DNA from: an uncultured bacterium
GTDB lineage: Bacteria > Omnitrophota > Omnitrophia > Omnitrophales > Aquincolibacteriaceae
Reading direction: 5' to 3'
DNA length: 64,000 nucleotides
Assembly (NCBI GenBank): GCA_964410905.1
Contig: CAYPIR010000002.1
Coordinates: 14,665 to 78,664, forward strand
Below the pieces are notes generated by a model. It ran no database searches. It worked only from the letters and a program-made list of their open reading frames with translations, and was not told where the DNA came from. This document shows positions 19,140 through 27,717 of the stretch, in pieces. Both the position numbers and the translations under genes were made by a program. Position 1 is the stretch's first letter, and every line of letters starts with the position of its first letter.

Positions 19140-22100
19140 TTGAAGGCTATCGCTTCGTTTTTTGTTGCCGTTTTTATTTCCGCTCAAATATTTATCCCTA
19201 TAACTTTTGCGGCCAGACCGCTTTCGATATTTTCCGATCCTTCAGGGAAAGACGCAGTTGACTCGGCAAAGCTCAATGTTTCTCAAGGAGTAAGCTCAAC
19301 AAATCGAAGCGATGACCGCACAAAGGCCCATTCGTCTCCTGCCGACTTAAAAAAACTTTGGGAAGAGGGTGTGCGCGTTGACAAATATTCTCTCGATGGG
19401 ATTAGTTATGAACAAGTTGCGGGCGCTCGCGGATTTAAAATCGCAAAAATACCAGGAAGATATGCTATAGAAGCAGAACACAATAAACCGGTTTTTGAGG
19501 ACCACTCCGTAGATCTTCCATATGATGAAACTAAGCCGACTTTTAGCAAAGTTGTCCGGGAAAAGCCGGATCAGACTTTGCTAAAAACAGAAATTGAAGG
19601 AATCCCTGTTTATTACAATCGAAATTGGGCGCCTCTTTTACCATATCACTTTCTGGTGTTGATTGACCCTGATGCTAAACGAAATCAGACTATAGATGAA
19701 AAGTCTCTTTTTATTGCTTTAACCGCGCTTGAGAAAATTGGCGACAGAAGGTCTTTTCTTGCTATGAATGTCGGATATGCTGCCGGCGCTTCTATTAATT
19801 CGCAACATTTTCAAGGCTCATTTGCCGAGAAAGCAAGAGTTGAGAGACGACCTGTTGGAAAAGAGATTTTTAAAACGGGTTATGATTACATAAATGTTTG
19901 GGAGTTTGCCGATGATGATGAACCAGCTTTTATTGTGGATGCTCCTTCAAAAGAAATACTTGCTAAAACGGCGACTGTAATTTCTGATTACTTAAAATTG
20001 TTAGATATCCCGTCCAACATCTTTTTCCGCGTTCCAGAACAAGATAAGTCTTGGAGATTGTATATAGAACCTCGGTCGCGTGTTCGGTCCCAGCTTTTTC
20101 CCGGCAACGTTGCGTGGATGGAAGTTATGCTAGGACAATTTTTTAATGATGGCGCAGTTGAGTTTACGGAAGAAAATATATTGGAGGCTTTAAAAACGGC
20201 AAGCCTTTCGCGCTCCGAGTTTGATGTTTTGAAAAAATATCTGCCTCGATTTTTTGCGGAAAGAGAAAATGGAGAATCTGCTAGAGCTGTTATTGAGACT
20301 CTGAAGAATGAAATAATGCCTTTTCAGCCTAAGCCCACAAAGTCTGAAGTCCGCCACGGCATTTTAAATAATGCTTTTGATTTGATAAAAGATTCTTCGC
20401 TGGAGAATAAAGCAAAGAGACTTGGTGAAAAATTGGCGCAAACGGTTGATTTGGATATGTTTGATAGCGCACGTGAGATTTTAGAATCGTCCAGCGGAAC
20501 ATTTAACGCGGAAACCGCAAGTGAGGTTTTGGAAAAAGTTTTTCCATTTATAGAACAAATGAATTCTATCAAGCGGTATAGTCCGACAGGAGAGACGACA
20601 ATATGGACGCATTCGGCTCGCATTGCGAATATGAGTGATTCTTTGGGAGTTGACGAGGATAAATTTTACGCGGATTTTGGCGGTATTTCGTATAAGGGAG
20701 AAAAGCTTTCTGACGCGACTTGGAATGAATATGCGGAATTGCAGCAGGAGTTTTTTCAAGGCAGCAAAGAAAATCGTCTTGCGTTGCGGCTTACGGCGCT
20801 TTTTCATGATATTGGAGTTCTCATTCAAATGCAATCTCATGAGCCGGTTGGCGCGATTGTTGTGAATGACATTTTAGAAAAACTTCCGATAGCGGAAGAG
20901 ACAAAGCAGCTGATTTTATGGGGAGTGGCAAATCATCTTAATCTTGGCGTTATGGGGTTGGGCGAACGAACTCCATCTTATGCTAAATCGAGATTGGATA
21001 TTTTGCCCGAAAATTTGCGGCGGTCAGCAAGCGCTCTCATGACTTTGATTCAGGCAGGAGAGGTCCGCTCGCTTGTTGAAATAAAAGATAACGGAAAACT
21101 TTTTAACGGGCGGTCGGCTGGATTTTATGTTGATGTCGCGAATACTGAAAAGTTTGCCAAGCTCTCGGCTGATTATGACGACTATCGCTTGAGGATTTTT
21201 TCTTCAAATGGCAACTGGATTTTAGATGAAAAAAAATACGCTGAGGTGAAACGTTTGATAGCGGAAGAAATACCAAAATCAGAGCGCCAGCAGTTTGAAA
21301 AATACTTGAGAGAAGTAAATGAATGGACTGACTACGGCGCATATATCATGCAAGAACTTTCAGCCCGCGGAGTCGTTCTTGCTCATTATCTTTTGAGTCA
21401 AGTTTCCAAGATTTATGACAATAAGATTAGACGTTTTCAATTAACCGCGCCGAGAAACGCCGCGAAGGCGGAGGCGCGCGGGCTTGATTTGTTTTTCTCT
21501 ATTGATAAAACAACTTTTTCCGATTTGGCGGTGGCAGGGAAAAACCCTAAGCAAATTAAAGCTATCTTTGAAAAATTTAAAATATCAGTTCCTAAATCTA
21601 AGGCGTTCATTAAATTTGATACGGATGCTTTTAAGGATTTGGGGAATATCGCGATAAATAGTGTTTTGAATACAGAAACGCCAGTTGTGGCGTTTGTCGA
21701 TGCCGCCGATTTCGCGGAAATGTCAAACGCGCAGAAAAAAGAGTTTGTGCTTGTGGCGGCCAAAACCAAGTCAGTAAAGATAGTAGTTTATAACGATAAC
21801 GGGGAACGAAATGAATCGGCAGCAGAATTATTAAAGCTGCCTAGAGTGATTGCGACCAATAAGGATTTGGCGGAAGCGGCAAAAGAGTTTGGCGTTGATA
21901 AAGTAACAGCGGTGCAAATATCAAAGACTATTGAGCCGAAATATTTTGATGCAAGGGTAGGATATTTTAAAGCGACTAGTGATGCGGGCGGGATTTTGGC
22001 GGTGGCAATTTTATGGGCGATATCCGGTGGGGAAAACGCGAGGATTATTGGCATACAAAAATACGGACGGTTCTGGGCAGTGGACGAGACTTTTCTTAAT

Positions 22101-22151
22101 TTAATTCAACATGAGATAGAAGCGAATTATGCAATAAACATCGCGGTGTAA
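19140..22151 (+). CDS. Large secreted multidomain protein: GDP-hexose phosphorylase (VTC2/GDPGP1)-like HIT domain + HD phosphohydrolase domain
   Basis: TTG start with strong RBS AAAAGGAG. Signal peptide MKAIASFFVAVFISAQIFIPITFAA. Residues about 150-230 carry LLPYHFLVLIDP and VGYAAGASINSQHFQ, resembling the GalT-branch HIT motif of GDP-L-galactose phosphorylases (...GYNSLGAFATINHLHFQ). Residues about 545-600 carry LRLTALFHDIGVL...NHLNLG, an HD-domain signature. Confidence 0.8.
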   Translation: MKAIASFFVAVFISAQIFIPITFAARPLSIFSDPSGKDAVDSAKLNVSQGVSSTNRSDDRTKAHSSPADLKKLWEEGVRVDKYSLDGISYEQVAGARGFKIAKIPGRYAIEAEHNKPVFEDHSVDLPYDETKPTFSKVVREKPDQTLLKTEIEGIPVYYNRNWAPLLPYHFLVLIDPDAKRNQTIDEKSLFIALTALEKIGDRRSFLAMNVGYAAGASINSQHFQGSFAEKARVERRPVGKEIFKTGYDYINVWEFADDDEPAFIVDAPSKEILAKTATVISDYLKLLDIPSNIFFRVPEQDKSWRLYIEPRSRVRSQLFPGNVAWMEVMLGQFFNDGAVEFTEENILEALKTASLSRSEFDVLKKYLPRFFAERENGESARAVIETLKNEIMPFQPKPTKSEVRHGILNNAFDLIKDSSLENKAKRLGEKLAQTVDLDMFDSAREILESSSGTFNAETASEVLEKVFPFIEQMNSIKRYSPTGETTIWTHSARIANMSDSLGVDEDKFYADFGGISYKGEKLSDATWNEYAELQQEFFQGSKENRLALRLTALFHDIGVLIQMQSHEPVGAIVVNDILEKLPIAEETKQLILWGVANHLNLGVMGLGERTPSYAKSRLDILPENLRRSASALMTLIQAGEVRSLVEIKDNGKLFNGRSAGFYVDVANTEKFAKLSADYDDYRLRIFSSNGNWILDEKKYAEVKRLIAEEIPKSERQQFEKYLREVNEWTDYGAYIMQELSARGVVLAHYLLSQVSKIYDNKIRRFQLTAPRNAAKAEARGLDLFFSIDKTTFSDLAVAGKNPKQIKAIFEKFKISVPKSKAFIKFDTDAFKDLGNIAINSVLNTETPVVAFVDAADFAEMSNAQKKEFVLVAAKTKSVKIVVYNDNGERNESAAELLKLPRVIATNKDLAEAAKEFGVDKVTAVQISKTIEPKYFDARVGYFKATSDAGGILAVAILWAISGGENARIIGIQKYGRFWAVDETFLNLIQHEIEANYAINIAV

Positions 22152-22319
22152 TGGAGTAAGTATCGAAAGTTCTCCATTGTATATAAATATAAAAAAATTT
22201 TAAAATCCGCTTTTAGAAGTGGATTTTTTTTTGTCTCGTGATAGAATCCGCCATTCCGGAAAGCTGGGAAATGTTACAAGGTATTGCAAATTAGTTTAAC
22301 CAACCTACAGGAGACAAAG

Positions 22320-23825
22320 ATGTTTATCTCTAAGAAATTTCTTGCTCTGTTGCTCGTGGTCGGAACTGCATTCACACTTTCCGGTTGCGCAACTTGTTGC
22401 ACAGATAAACCGGCAGCTTCGAAAAGCGGAGTAATCCGTGGTTCTATCGGAGTTCCAGATTGCGAAAAATCCACAAGCCCACTTCACATTGATAAGGAAG
22501 CCCCTAGCCAAGTGGTTGTCGGCAGACCTTATTCTTACACAATTACCGTTAAGAACGCGTCCAAATGCGCTCTCGAGGACGTAGTTGTAACAGAACGCGT
22601 TCCTGAGAAGTATGAACTCAAGACCGCGACGCCTACGCCTACTAAGGTTACTGGTCGCGTGGCGCAATGGGATATCGGTTATTTGAAACCGGGAGAAGTT
22701 AGAACCATCACTATTACTGGTGTTGCGTTGGACGCTTCTTCAACAACTGCTTGCACGAAGGCAACTTACAATCCTGTTCTTTGCCTTGGTCCAGAAGCAA
22801 TTTCTCCTGCTTTGAAAGTTGCTTTGGAAGCACCTAGCCAAGCACTTCTTTGCGATGTTATTCCCGCTAAGATTATTGTAAGCAATACGGGAACTGGTTC
22901 TGCGGAAGGTGTTTCAATCACCCAAGCATTGCCTGACGGCTTGACAACCACTGATGGGAAGAACACCGTAACTATTAACGTTGGTGATCTTGCTGGTGGC
23001 GCATCTAAGAATTATGCGGTCAATCTCAAAGCATCTCAGGCTGCAAAGTATTCCAATAAAGTTAGTGCCGTTTCTAAAAACGGTCTTTCCGCTAGCTCCA
23101 GTGTGGTTGTTACAGATGTAAAACAACCGTCATTGAAAGTCGCGGTAAGCGGTCCTTCCAAGATTTTTTCTAACAAGAACGCTGATTTTAAAGTCAATGT
23201 TCAAAACGTTGGAAGTGCTGACGCGGCAAACGCAGTTGTCCAAACCACGATTCCTGCTGGATTCAAATTTGTTTCAGCGGATCAGGGCGGAGTTGCTTCC
23301 GGTAATGCGGTTGTTTGGAACATCGGAACTCTTGCTGCCGGAAAATCTGCTGCTTTGAATACCACATTCAAAGCGGTTAGTGCTGGCGCTGGACAAAGCG
23401 TTGCAACGGCAAAGGGAACTTGCTGTTCTGAAGCTTCTGCTGTTACTAACAGTGAAATTAAAGGTATCCCTGCTGTTCTTTTAGAAGTTGTTGACAGCGA
23501 TGACCCGATTGAAGTTGGTGATGCGGTAACATATTATATTACTGTTACCAACCAAGGTTCTGCAGATGACACTAACATTGTTATCAAATCCGCTCTTGAG
23601 GACGAATTTGATTATGTCTCTAGCAGTGGACCTACGAAAGCAAAGGTTGAATCTGCGAAGGCTGTGGAATTTGCAGCTCTTGCGGTTTTGAGACCAGGCG
23701 AAAAAGCGACATGGGCAGTTGTTGCAAAAGCCGTTGCTGAAGGAGATCATCGTTTTGCGACTAAGTTGACGAGCGATGCTCTTAGAACATCGGTTGATGA
23801 AACGGAATCTACTCATACATATTAA
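22320..23825 (+). CDS. Cysteine-rich lipoprotein with tandem DUF11 (conserved repeat) domains, OmcB-like
   Basis: RBS GGAGA. Lipoprotein signal LLVVGTAFTLSGCATCC. At least three repeats of the DUF11-type beta-sandwich pattern (PS/QALLC..., VKQPSLKVAVSGPSK...NVQNVGSADA, DPIEVGDAVTYYITVTNQGSADD). Confidence 0.75.
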   Translation: MFISKKFLALLLVVGTAFTLSGCATCCTDKPAASKSGVIRGSIGVPDCEKSTSPLHIDKEAPSQVVVGRPYSYTITVKNASKCALEDVVVTERVPEKYELKTATPTPTKVTGRVAQWDIGYLKPGEVRTITITGVALDASSTTACTKATYNPVLCLGPEAISPALKVALEAPSQALLCDVIPAKIIVSNTGTGSAEGVSITQALPDGLTTTDGKNTVTINVGDLAGGASKNYAVNLKASQAAKYSNKVSAVSKNGLSASSSVVVTDVKQPSLKVAVSGPSKIFSNKNADFKVNVQNVGSADAANAVVQTTIPAGFKFVSADQGGVASGNAVVWNIGTLAAGKSAALNTTFKAVSAGAGQSVATAKGTCCSEASAVTNSEIKGIPAVLLEVVDSDDPIEVGDAVTYYITVTNQGSADDTNIVIKSALEDEFDYVSSSGPTKAKVESAKAVEFAALAVLRPGEKATWAVVAKAVAEGDHRFATKLTSDALRTSVDETESTHTY

Positions 23826-23850
23826 TCGTATGAGGGTTTAGTGAAATACG

Positions 23851-23886
23851 AAAAGTGCCGGGACTTTTGTCTCGGCACTTTTTGTT
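23851..23886 (+). terminator. Rho-independent terminator
   Basis: AAAGTGCCGGGAC...TCGGCACTTT hairpin followed by TTTTGTTTCT. Confidence 0.55.
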
Positions 23887-23910
23887 TCTGATAAACAAAA
23901 GGAGATGAAA

Positions 23911-24084
23911 ATGAGCGGATTGCTTAGTTTGGTTGTTTTGGTGTTGGATGTTGTTGCGATTATTGATTTGTGGAAAGGATCTTTAGATCAAGTTAAAAAG
24001 ATTATTTGGACGATCGTGATTATTGTTCTGCCTTTAATTGGTTTGATTGCTTGGTTTTTCCTTGTGAAGAAAAAAGCTGCTTAA
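23911..24084 (+). CDS. PLD-nuclease-N-terminal-domain-like micro membrane protein (57 aa)
   Basis: RBS AAGGAG. MSGLLSLVVLVLDVVAIIDLWKGSLDQVKKIIWTIVIIVLPLIGLIAWFFLVKKKAA: two TM helices with an IDLWKG...W motif characteristic of the small PLDc_N family. Not in the ORF track because it is under 60 aa. Confidence 0.6.
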   Translation: MSGLLSLVVLVLDVVAIIDLWKGSLDQVKKIIWTIVIIVLPLIGLIAWFFLVKKKAA

Positions 24085-24108
24085 AAATTAACAAAAGGCA
24101 AATAAAAA

Positions 24109-24137
24109 AGCCCCGCTGATTTAGCGGGGCTTTTTTT
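24109..24137 (+). terminator. Rho-independent terminator
   Basis: AGCCCCGCTGATTTAGCGGGGCT perfect hairpin followed by T7. Confidence 0.7.
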
Positions 24138-24144
24138 ATCTATT

Positions 24145-24228
24145 TGGGGAGTAGTGGATTTGAACCACTGAAGGCTAGACGCCAACAGATTTACAGTCTG
24201 TCCCCTTTGGCCACTCGGGCAACTCCCC
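24145..24228 (-). tRNA. tRNA-Tyr (anticodon GTA), type II with long variable arm
   Basis: Reverse complement is GGGGAGTTGCCCGAGTGGCCAAAGGGGACAGACTGTAAATCTGTTGGCGTCTAGCCTTCAGTGGTTCAAATCCACTACTCCCCA. Acceptor stem GGGGAGT/ACTCCCC, anticodon loop CTGTAAA, T-loop TTCAAAT, long variable arm. No CCA encoded. Confidence 0.85.
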
Positions 24229-24256
24229 TAGAAGAAACAGAAGAAAATTTCAGAAT

Positions 24257-24328
24257 AGCTGGTGGAGGGATTTGAACCCCCGGCCCGCTGTTTACAAAAC
24301 AGCTGCTCTACCCCTGAGCTACACCAGC
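24257..24328 (-). tRNA. tRNA-Thr (anticodon TGT)
   Basis: Reverse complement is GCTGGTGTAGCTCAGGGGTAGAGCAGCTGTTTTGTAAACAGCGGGCCGGGGGTTCAAATCCCTCCACCAGCT. Acceptor stem GCTGGTG/CACCAGC, D-arm GCTC..GAGC, anticodon loop TTTGTAA, T-loop TTCAAAT. Confidence 0.85.
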
Positions 24329-24336
24329 GTAAAAAG

Positions 24337-24364
24337 ATTTTAATTTCAGAAAAACGGTGGTAAA
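24337..24364 (-). promoter_or_regulatory. Candidate promoter for the tRNA-Thr/Tyr pair (TTTACC, 16 nt, TAAAAT on minus strand)
   Basis: Minus-strand TAAAAT ends about 8 nt before the tRNA-Thr 5' end. A TTTACC -35-like hexamer lies 16 nt further upstream. Confidence 0.3.
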
Positions 24365-24512
24365 TATTTTCTTGATAGAGTTGGGTATTCTACAGGAAAA
24401 AGATAAAAAATAAAGAACATTTCAAGGCGTCATAAAAATAAATGTTTTTTAATAAAAAAATCTGGTAGACTACTCAAAGCTTTAGTTCATTTTGTATGAA
24501 AGGGACCCCACC

Positions 24513-24716
24513 ATGATTATGGAAATTGGAATTGTAGCCGGAGAAATCTGGCATTTTCTTGATGAAAAACAACATGCTACGGCAAACGAGTTAACGAAAA
24601 GTTTGAAACGTCCTAGGGAGCTTGTTTTGATGAGTCTTGGTTGGTTGGCTCGTGAGGGACACGTTTCTTTGGGGATGCCCGAAAGCGGTTACCTTGCGAC
24701 ATTAAATCGCAAATAA
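24513..24716 (+). CDS. Small winged-helix protein (paralog of 32082..32294)
   Basis: MIMEIGIVAGEIWHFLDEKQHATANELTKSLKRPRELVLMSLGWLAREGHV shares the G.IW/IY...L...LGWLARE pattern with the second copy in the glycogen cluster. The ORF track start at 24492 is also possible. Confidence 0.55.
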   Translation: MIMEIGIVAGEIWHFLDEKQHATANELTKSLKRPRELVLMSLGWLAREGHVSLGMPESGYLATLNRK

Positions 24717-24722
24717 TATTTT

Positions 24723-25061
24723 GTGAAACGAGCAAAAAGTGTATTTGGTTGCATTGTTTGCTCAGTACCTGATTTGAAAAATGCCCGCAGACTTGCGGGC
24801 ATTTTACTTTCCGAACGTCTAGTTGCTTGCGTTCAAATTCTCCCCAAAATCGAATCTCATTATTGGTGGCAAAGAAAGAAGACTTGTTCAAAAGAAGTAT
24901 TGATTCTCGCCAAGACAAAGAGTTCTCTTTATAAGAAAACTGAGCAGATAATCCTCAGAAATCATTCATATGAAGTGCCGGAAATATTATGGTTCCCGTC
25001 TGAAAAAGGAAGCAAATCGTATATCGATTGGATAAAAAAAGAAACGGGGAGAAAAGACTAA
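24723..25061 (+). CDS. cutA: Divalent-cation tolerance protein CutA
   Basis: About 110 aa with the CutA1-like core (VACVQILPKIESHYWWQ...LILAKTK...HSYEVPEI). GTG start. Confidence 0.7.
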   Translation: MKRAKSVFGCIVCSVPDLKNARRLAGILLSERLVACVQILPKIESHYWWQRKKTCSKEVLILAKTKSSLYKKTEQIILRNHSYEVPEILWFPSEKGSKSYIDWIKKETGRKD

Positions 25062-25612
25062 ATTTGCGAAGGGGAGACTGCCACAAATATTTTTGATGTC
25101 TTAGATGCTTCATTAACAAACTTGTGATTTAATGAGGCATCAAAATATAAAGTTTCCTGTTCTTTCAGGGCATATTCTTGATCTTCTAAAAATATCTTCA
25201 CGCTGCCGTCAATAACCCAAACAAATTTTTCAACGCCTCTGTCTTGATTCTCTTTTGCGGTCTCGCCGCCTGCTTGCAGCGTCAAAAGGAGAGGCGTTAT
25301 TTTTTTCTTGGAAGACTCTTGAGTTAAAACTTCTACTTGAACATCGCGTGTATGGTGTGCCGCAACGCGCGTATCTTTTGATTGATGACTTATTTGTTCA
25401 TAACGCCCGTCAACTCCCGTGTAAAGTTCTGAAAGACCAATGCCGAGAGTTTTGGCTATTTTTTCGTGGGACTCGATAGTGCCAACCATTGTTCCCGTTT
25501 CAATGCGGGAAAGAGTGGCCTGAGCAATCCCTGTAAGTTCGGATATTTCAACAAGTGTCAACTTCCGCTCTTTTCGCAATGAGCGAATGCGCTGTCCTAA
25601 ATTTTTAAGCAT
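25058..25612 (-). CDS. XRE-family HTH transcriptional regulator with C-terminal cupin domain
   Basis: N-terminal LGQRIRSLRKERKLTLVEISELTGIAQATLSRIE is a Cro/C1-type HTH. The C-terminal beta-rich segment with H...E...H spacing is cupin-like. Confidence 0.8.
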   Translation of the reverse strand: MLKNLGQRIRSLRKERKLTLVEISELTGIAQATLSRIETGTMVGTIESHEKIAKTLGIGLSELYTGVDGRYEQISHQSKDTRVAAHHTRDVQVEVLTQESSKKKITPLLLTLQAGGETAKENQDRGVEKFVWVIDGSVKIFLEDQEYALKEQETLYFDASLNHKFVNEASKTSKIFVAVSPSQI

Positions 25613-25764
25613 GGCGTTATTCTACAAATGATTTTTGTAGAGTCAAGGAGAATATAATAAAAATGAATAAAAAAACTTAAATTAAAATAAATATTTTGTT
25701 GACAAATAATTATATTTAGATTATTTTATCTCTAACACTAAACAAACACTTAAGGAGGTGTTAA

Positions 25765-26121
25765 ATGAAACTCAATGTGGTAAGAACAAAAGCGTTAGGA
25801 ATTTTTCTTGTGGCATTAACTTTTTTGGGAGGCGTAACTTTGGCGGCTTCTGGAAAAGTTCTTGCCGCTCAAACGCAACAATCGGGTTCATATTTGTTCG
25901 CGGTTCCTAAATCGTCTCAAGTTGCGAAAGCGCCTGTAAATATTAATACAGCAACGCAAGAAGAACTTGAAACTGTTAAAGGTATTGGTCCTGTTACGGC
26001 GGCGCGAATTATTAGTCATCGTGAAGTCAACGGATCATACAAATCTGTTGAGGACATTGCCGCTGTGAAAGGGATTGGTGAGAAAAAAATGAATCGTATC
26101 AAAGACGGACTTACCGTTTGA
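25765..26121 (+). CDS. ComEA-like helix-hairpin-helix DNA-binding protein
   Basis: Strong RBS AAGGAGG. Signal/TM segment. VNINTATQEELETVKGIGPVTAARII...VKGIGEKKMNRIKD are tandem HhH motifs typical of ComEA. Confidence 0.8.
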   Translation: MKLNVVRTKALGIFLVALTFLGGVTLAASGKVLAAQTQQSGSYLFAVPKSSQVAKAPVNINTATQEELETVKGIGPVTAARIISHREVNGSYKSVEDIAAVKGIGEKKMNRIKDGLTV

Positions 26122-26137
26122 TTTTAGTTTGTTTTAG

Positions 26138-26168
26138 ACCTTGCTCGTTTGGCCATCGAGCAAGGTTT
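26138..26168 (+). terminator. Hairpin, possible terminator (weak T-tract)
   Basis: 9-bp stem CCTTGCTCG/CGAGCAAGG after the ComEA stop, followed by only TT. Confidence 0.35.
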
Positions 26169-26211
26169 AAAATGGACAACGATTTTTAAAATAAAAATAT
26201 GAGGATTATTT

Positions 26212-26517
26212 ATGGTTAACTGTTGCCCGGCGGCTTATATAAAATGTCTTAATAGAGCGATAGAGCAAACGCAATGCTTGTTTGATGATGAAACAGAAGT
26301 ATTAAAAATTGAAGACCAAATTCACGATGTCAAATCTTCTTTATATGTAGCCATTGAACGCGCGGAAATGGAAACTGAAAGACTTCTGACGGCGCAAGAA
26401 TTGTTGCGAGAGCTTTTGGCTTTTGTTCTGCTGCGCGGCGATCCTTTTAAAGGAGATAAAGAAGAAGTGCTTCGCATTGTTCAGAAGTTACGGACGCATT
26501 GCAAAAATATAAAATAG
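26212..26517 (+). CDS. Hypothetical protein (Cys-rich N-terminus, helical)
   Basis: ORF with RBS-like GAGGA upstream. No recognisable domain. Confidence 0.4.
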   Translation: MVNCCPAAYIKCLNRAIEQTQCLFDDETEVLKIEDQIHDVKSSLYVAIERAEMETERLLTAQELLRELLAFVLLRGDPFKGDKEEVLRIVQKLRTHCKNIK

Positions 26518-27055
26518 GTAAACGAAATTTTAGGAAATAAAAGGAGACTATATAAAAAACAAACACGGCTAGGAGATCGCCTTAAGAGCATTTAGCCAAA
26601 TATTTTAGGGAACGGTCAAGAGATCGTTACCCGCCTTTCTGCATAACAGACATTTTCCAAGGTTGATATTTTCGGTTGTGGTTAGATTGTTATACCATTT
26701 TCTGACTCGCTCCCGGCGGCGTAAGCCGACATCGTTACAGAGGATGGCGTTTGTTGGTTCATAAAGCGTTTGGGGCACAACATTTTTAGTTTTTTTGCCG
26801 TTGGAGGAGAGATGTCCTTTTTCAGTTTTTTCCGTGTTGTTGATAGTTTGAACAAAAGCTGAAAGAAAACAAAGCTCTGATAAATCTGGCCCTATACCTT
26901 GAGGTTAATACACAAAATCTTTAAAACTCCGCTCCCGTACAGAGAGTAACGATCTATGGTGACATTCCCATTATTCAAATATTTTTTTATTTACTTGTTT
27001 TGTCGAAGAAAGGATAATGAACCATTCTTCCTCAACTTTCCAATAAGGTGCAGAA

Positions 27056-27715
27056 ATGGTTCAATGGACAAAAAAACTTCCTCTCGATAAACGTGTATGG
27101 CTCGGCGTAATAATTCTTTTTGTGGTTTTTATTGTAAGCGCTATTTTGCAAATATATTACATAAAAACAGCTGCTGTAATTCTTCTCGTTTTACACTTTC
27201 TTTTTTTTCGCGACCCTCGTCGTGAGTCGCCAATAAATGTCGGAGTCCTTTCTCCCGCCGATGGCGTAGTATCTTTGATTGACTCGGTGTATGAAGATAA
27301 ATTTTTAAACGAAGAAGCCGTGAGGATTCGTATTTTTCTTTCCGTTTTTAATGTCCACGTAACGCGTTCGCCGTTGGCGGGAATTGTGAAATACCAAAAA
27401 TTTTTCAAAGGGAAATTTTTAAACGCATTACGCAAAGACGCGGCGCAACACAATCAATCAAATTGGATAGGTATTGAAAATCGTTCGCGCAAATTAATAG
27501 TTAGGCAGATCACGGGCGCGATTGCGCGGCGTATTTATTCGGATGTCTCGATATCACAAGTTGTTGGAAGAGGTGAAAAAATAGGAATGATTTGCTACGG
27601 CTCTACAGCAGAAGTTTTCATACCAAAGAGATTGTTTCGTCCAACAACAAAAGTCGGCGATAAGGTAAAAGCGGGGCTGACAGTTATTGGCTCTTGGCTG
27701 GATGAGGAGGCATAA
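27056..27715 (+). CDS. psd: Phosphatidylserine decarboxylase proenzyme (short form)
   Basis: The GST autocleavage motif (ICYGSTAEV) near the C-terminus and the PSD core (FLSVFNVHVTRSPLAG). Immediately upstream of pssA. Confidence 0.8.
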   Translation: MVQWTKKLPLDKRVWLGVIILFVVFIVSAILQIYYIKTAAVILLVLHFLFFRDPRRESPINVGVLSPADGVVSLIDSVYEDKFLNEEAVRIRIFLSVFNVHVTRSPLAGIVKYQKFFKGKFLNALRKDAAQHNQSNWIGIENRSRKLIVRQITGAIARRIYSDVSISQVVGRGEKIGMICYGSTAEVFIPKRLFRPTTKVGDKVKAGLTVIGSWLDEEA

Positions 27716-27717
27716 AT

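Noticed and set aside
26518-27055. Possibility that the long gap encodes RNase P RNA, tmRNA or SRP RNA.
   Set aside because: Only fragmentary resemblance (GGCUUA, GGGUAACG). The universally conserved RNase P P4 sequences (GGAAAGUCCGGGCUCC), the tmRNA tRNA-like end and the SRP domain IV motif are absent on either strand.
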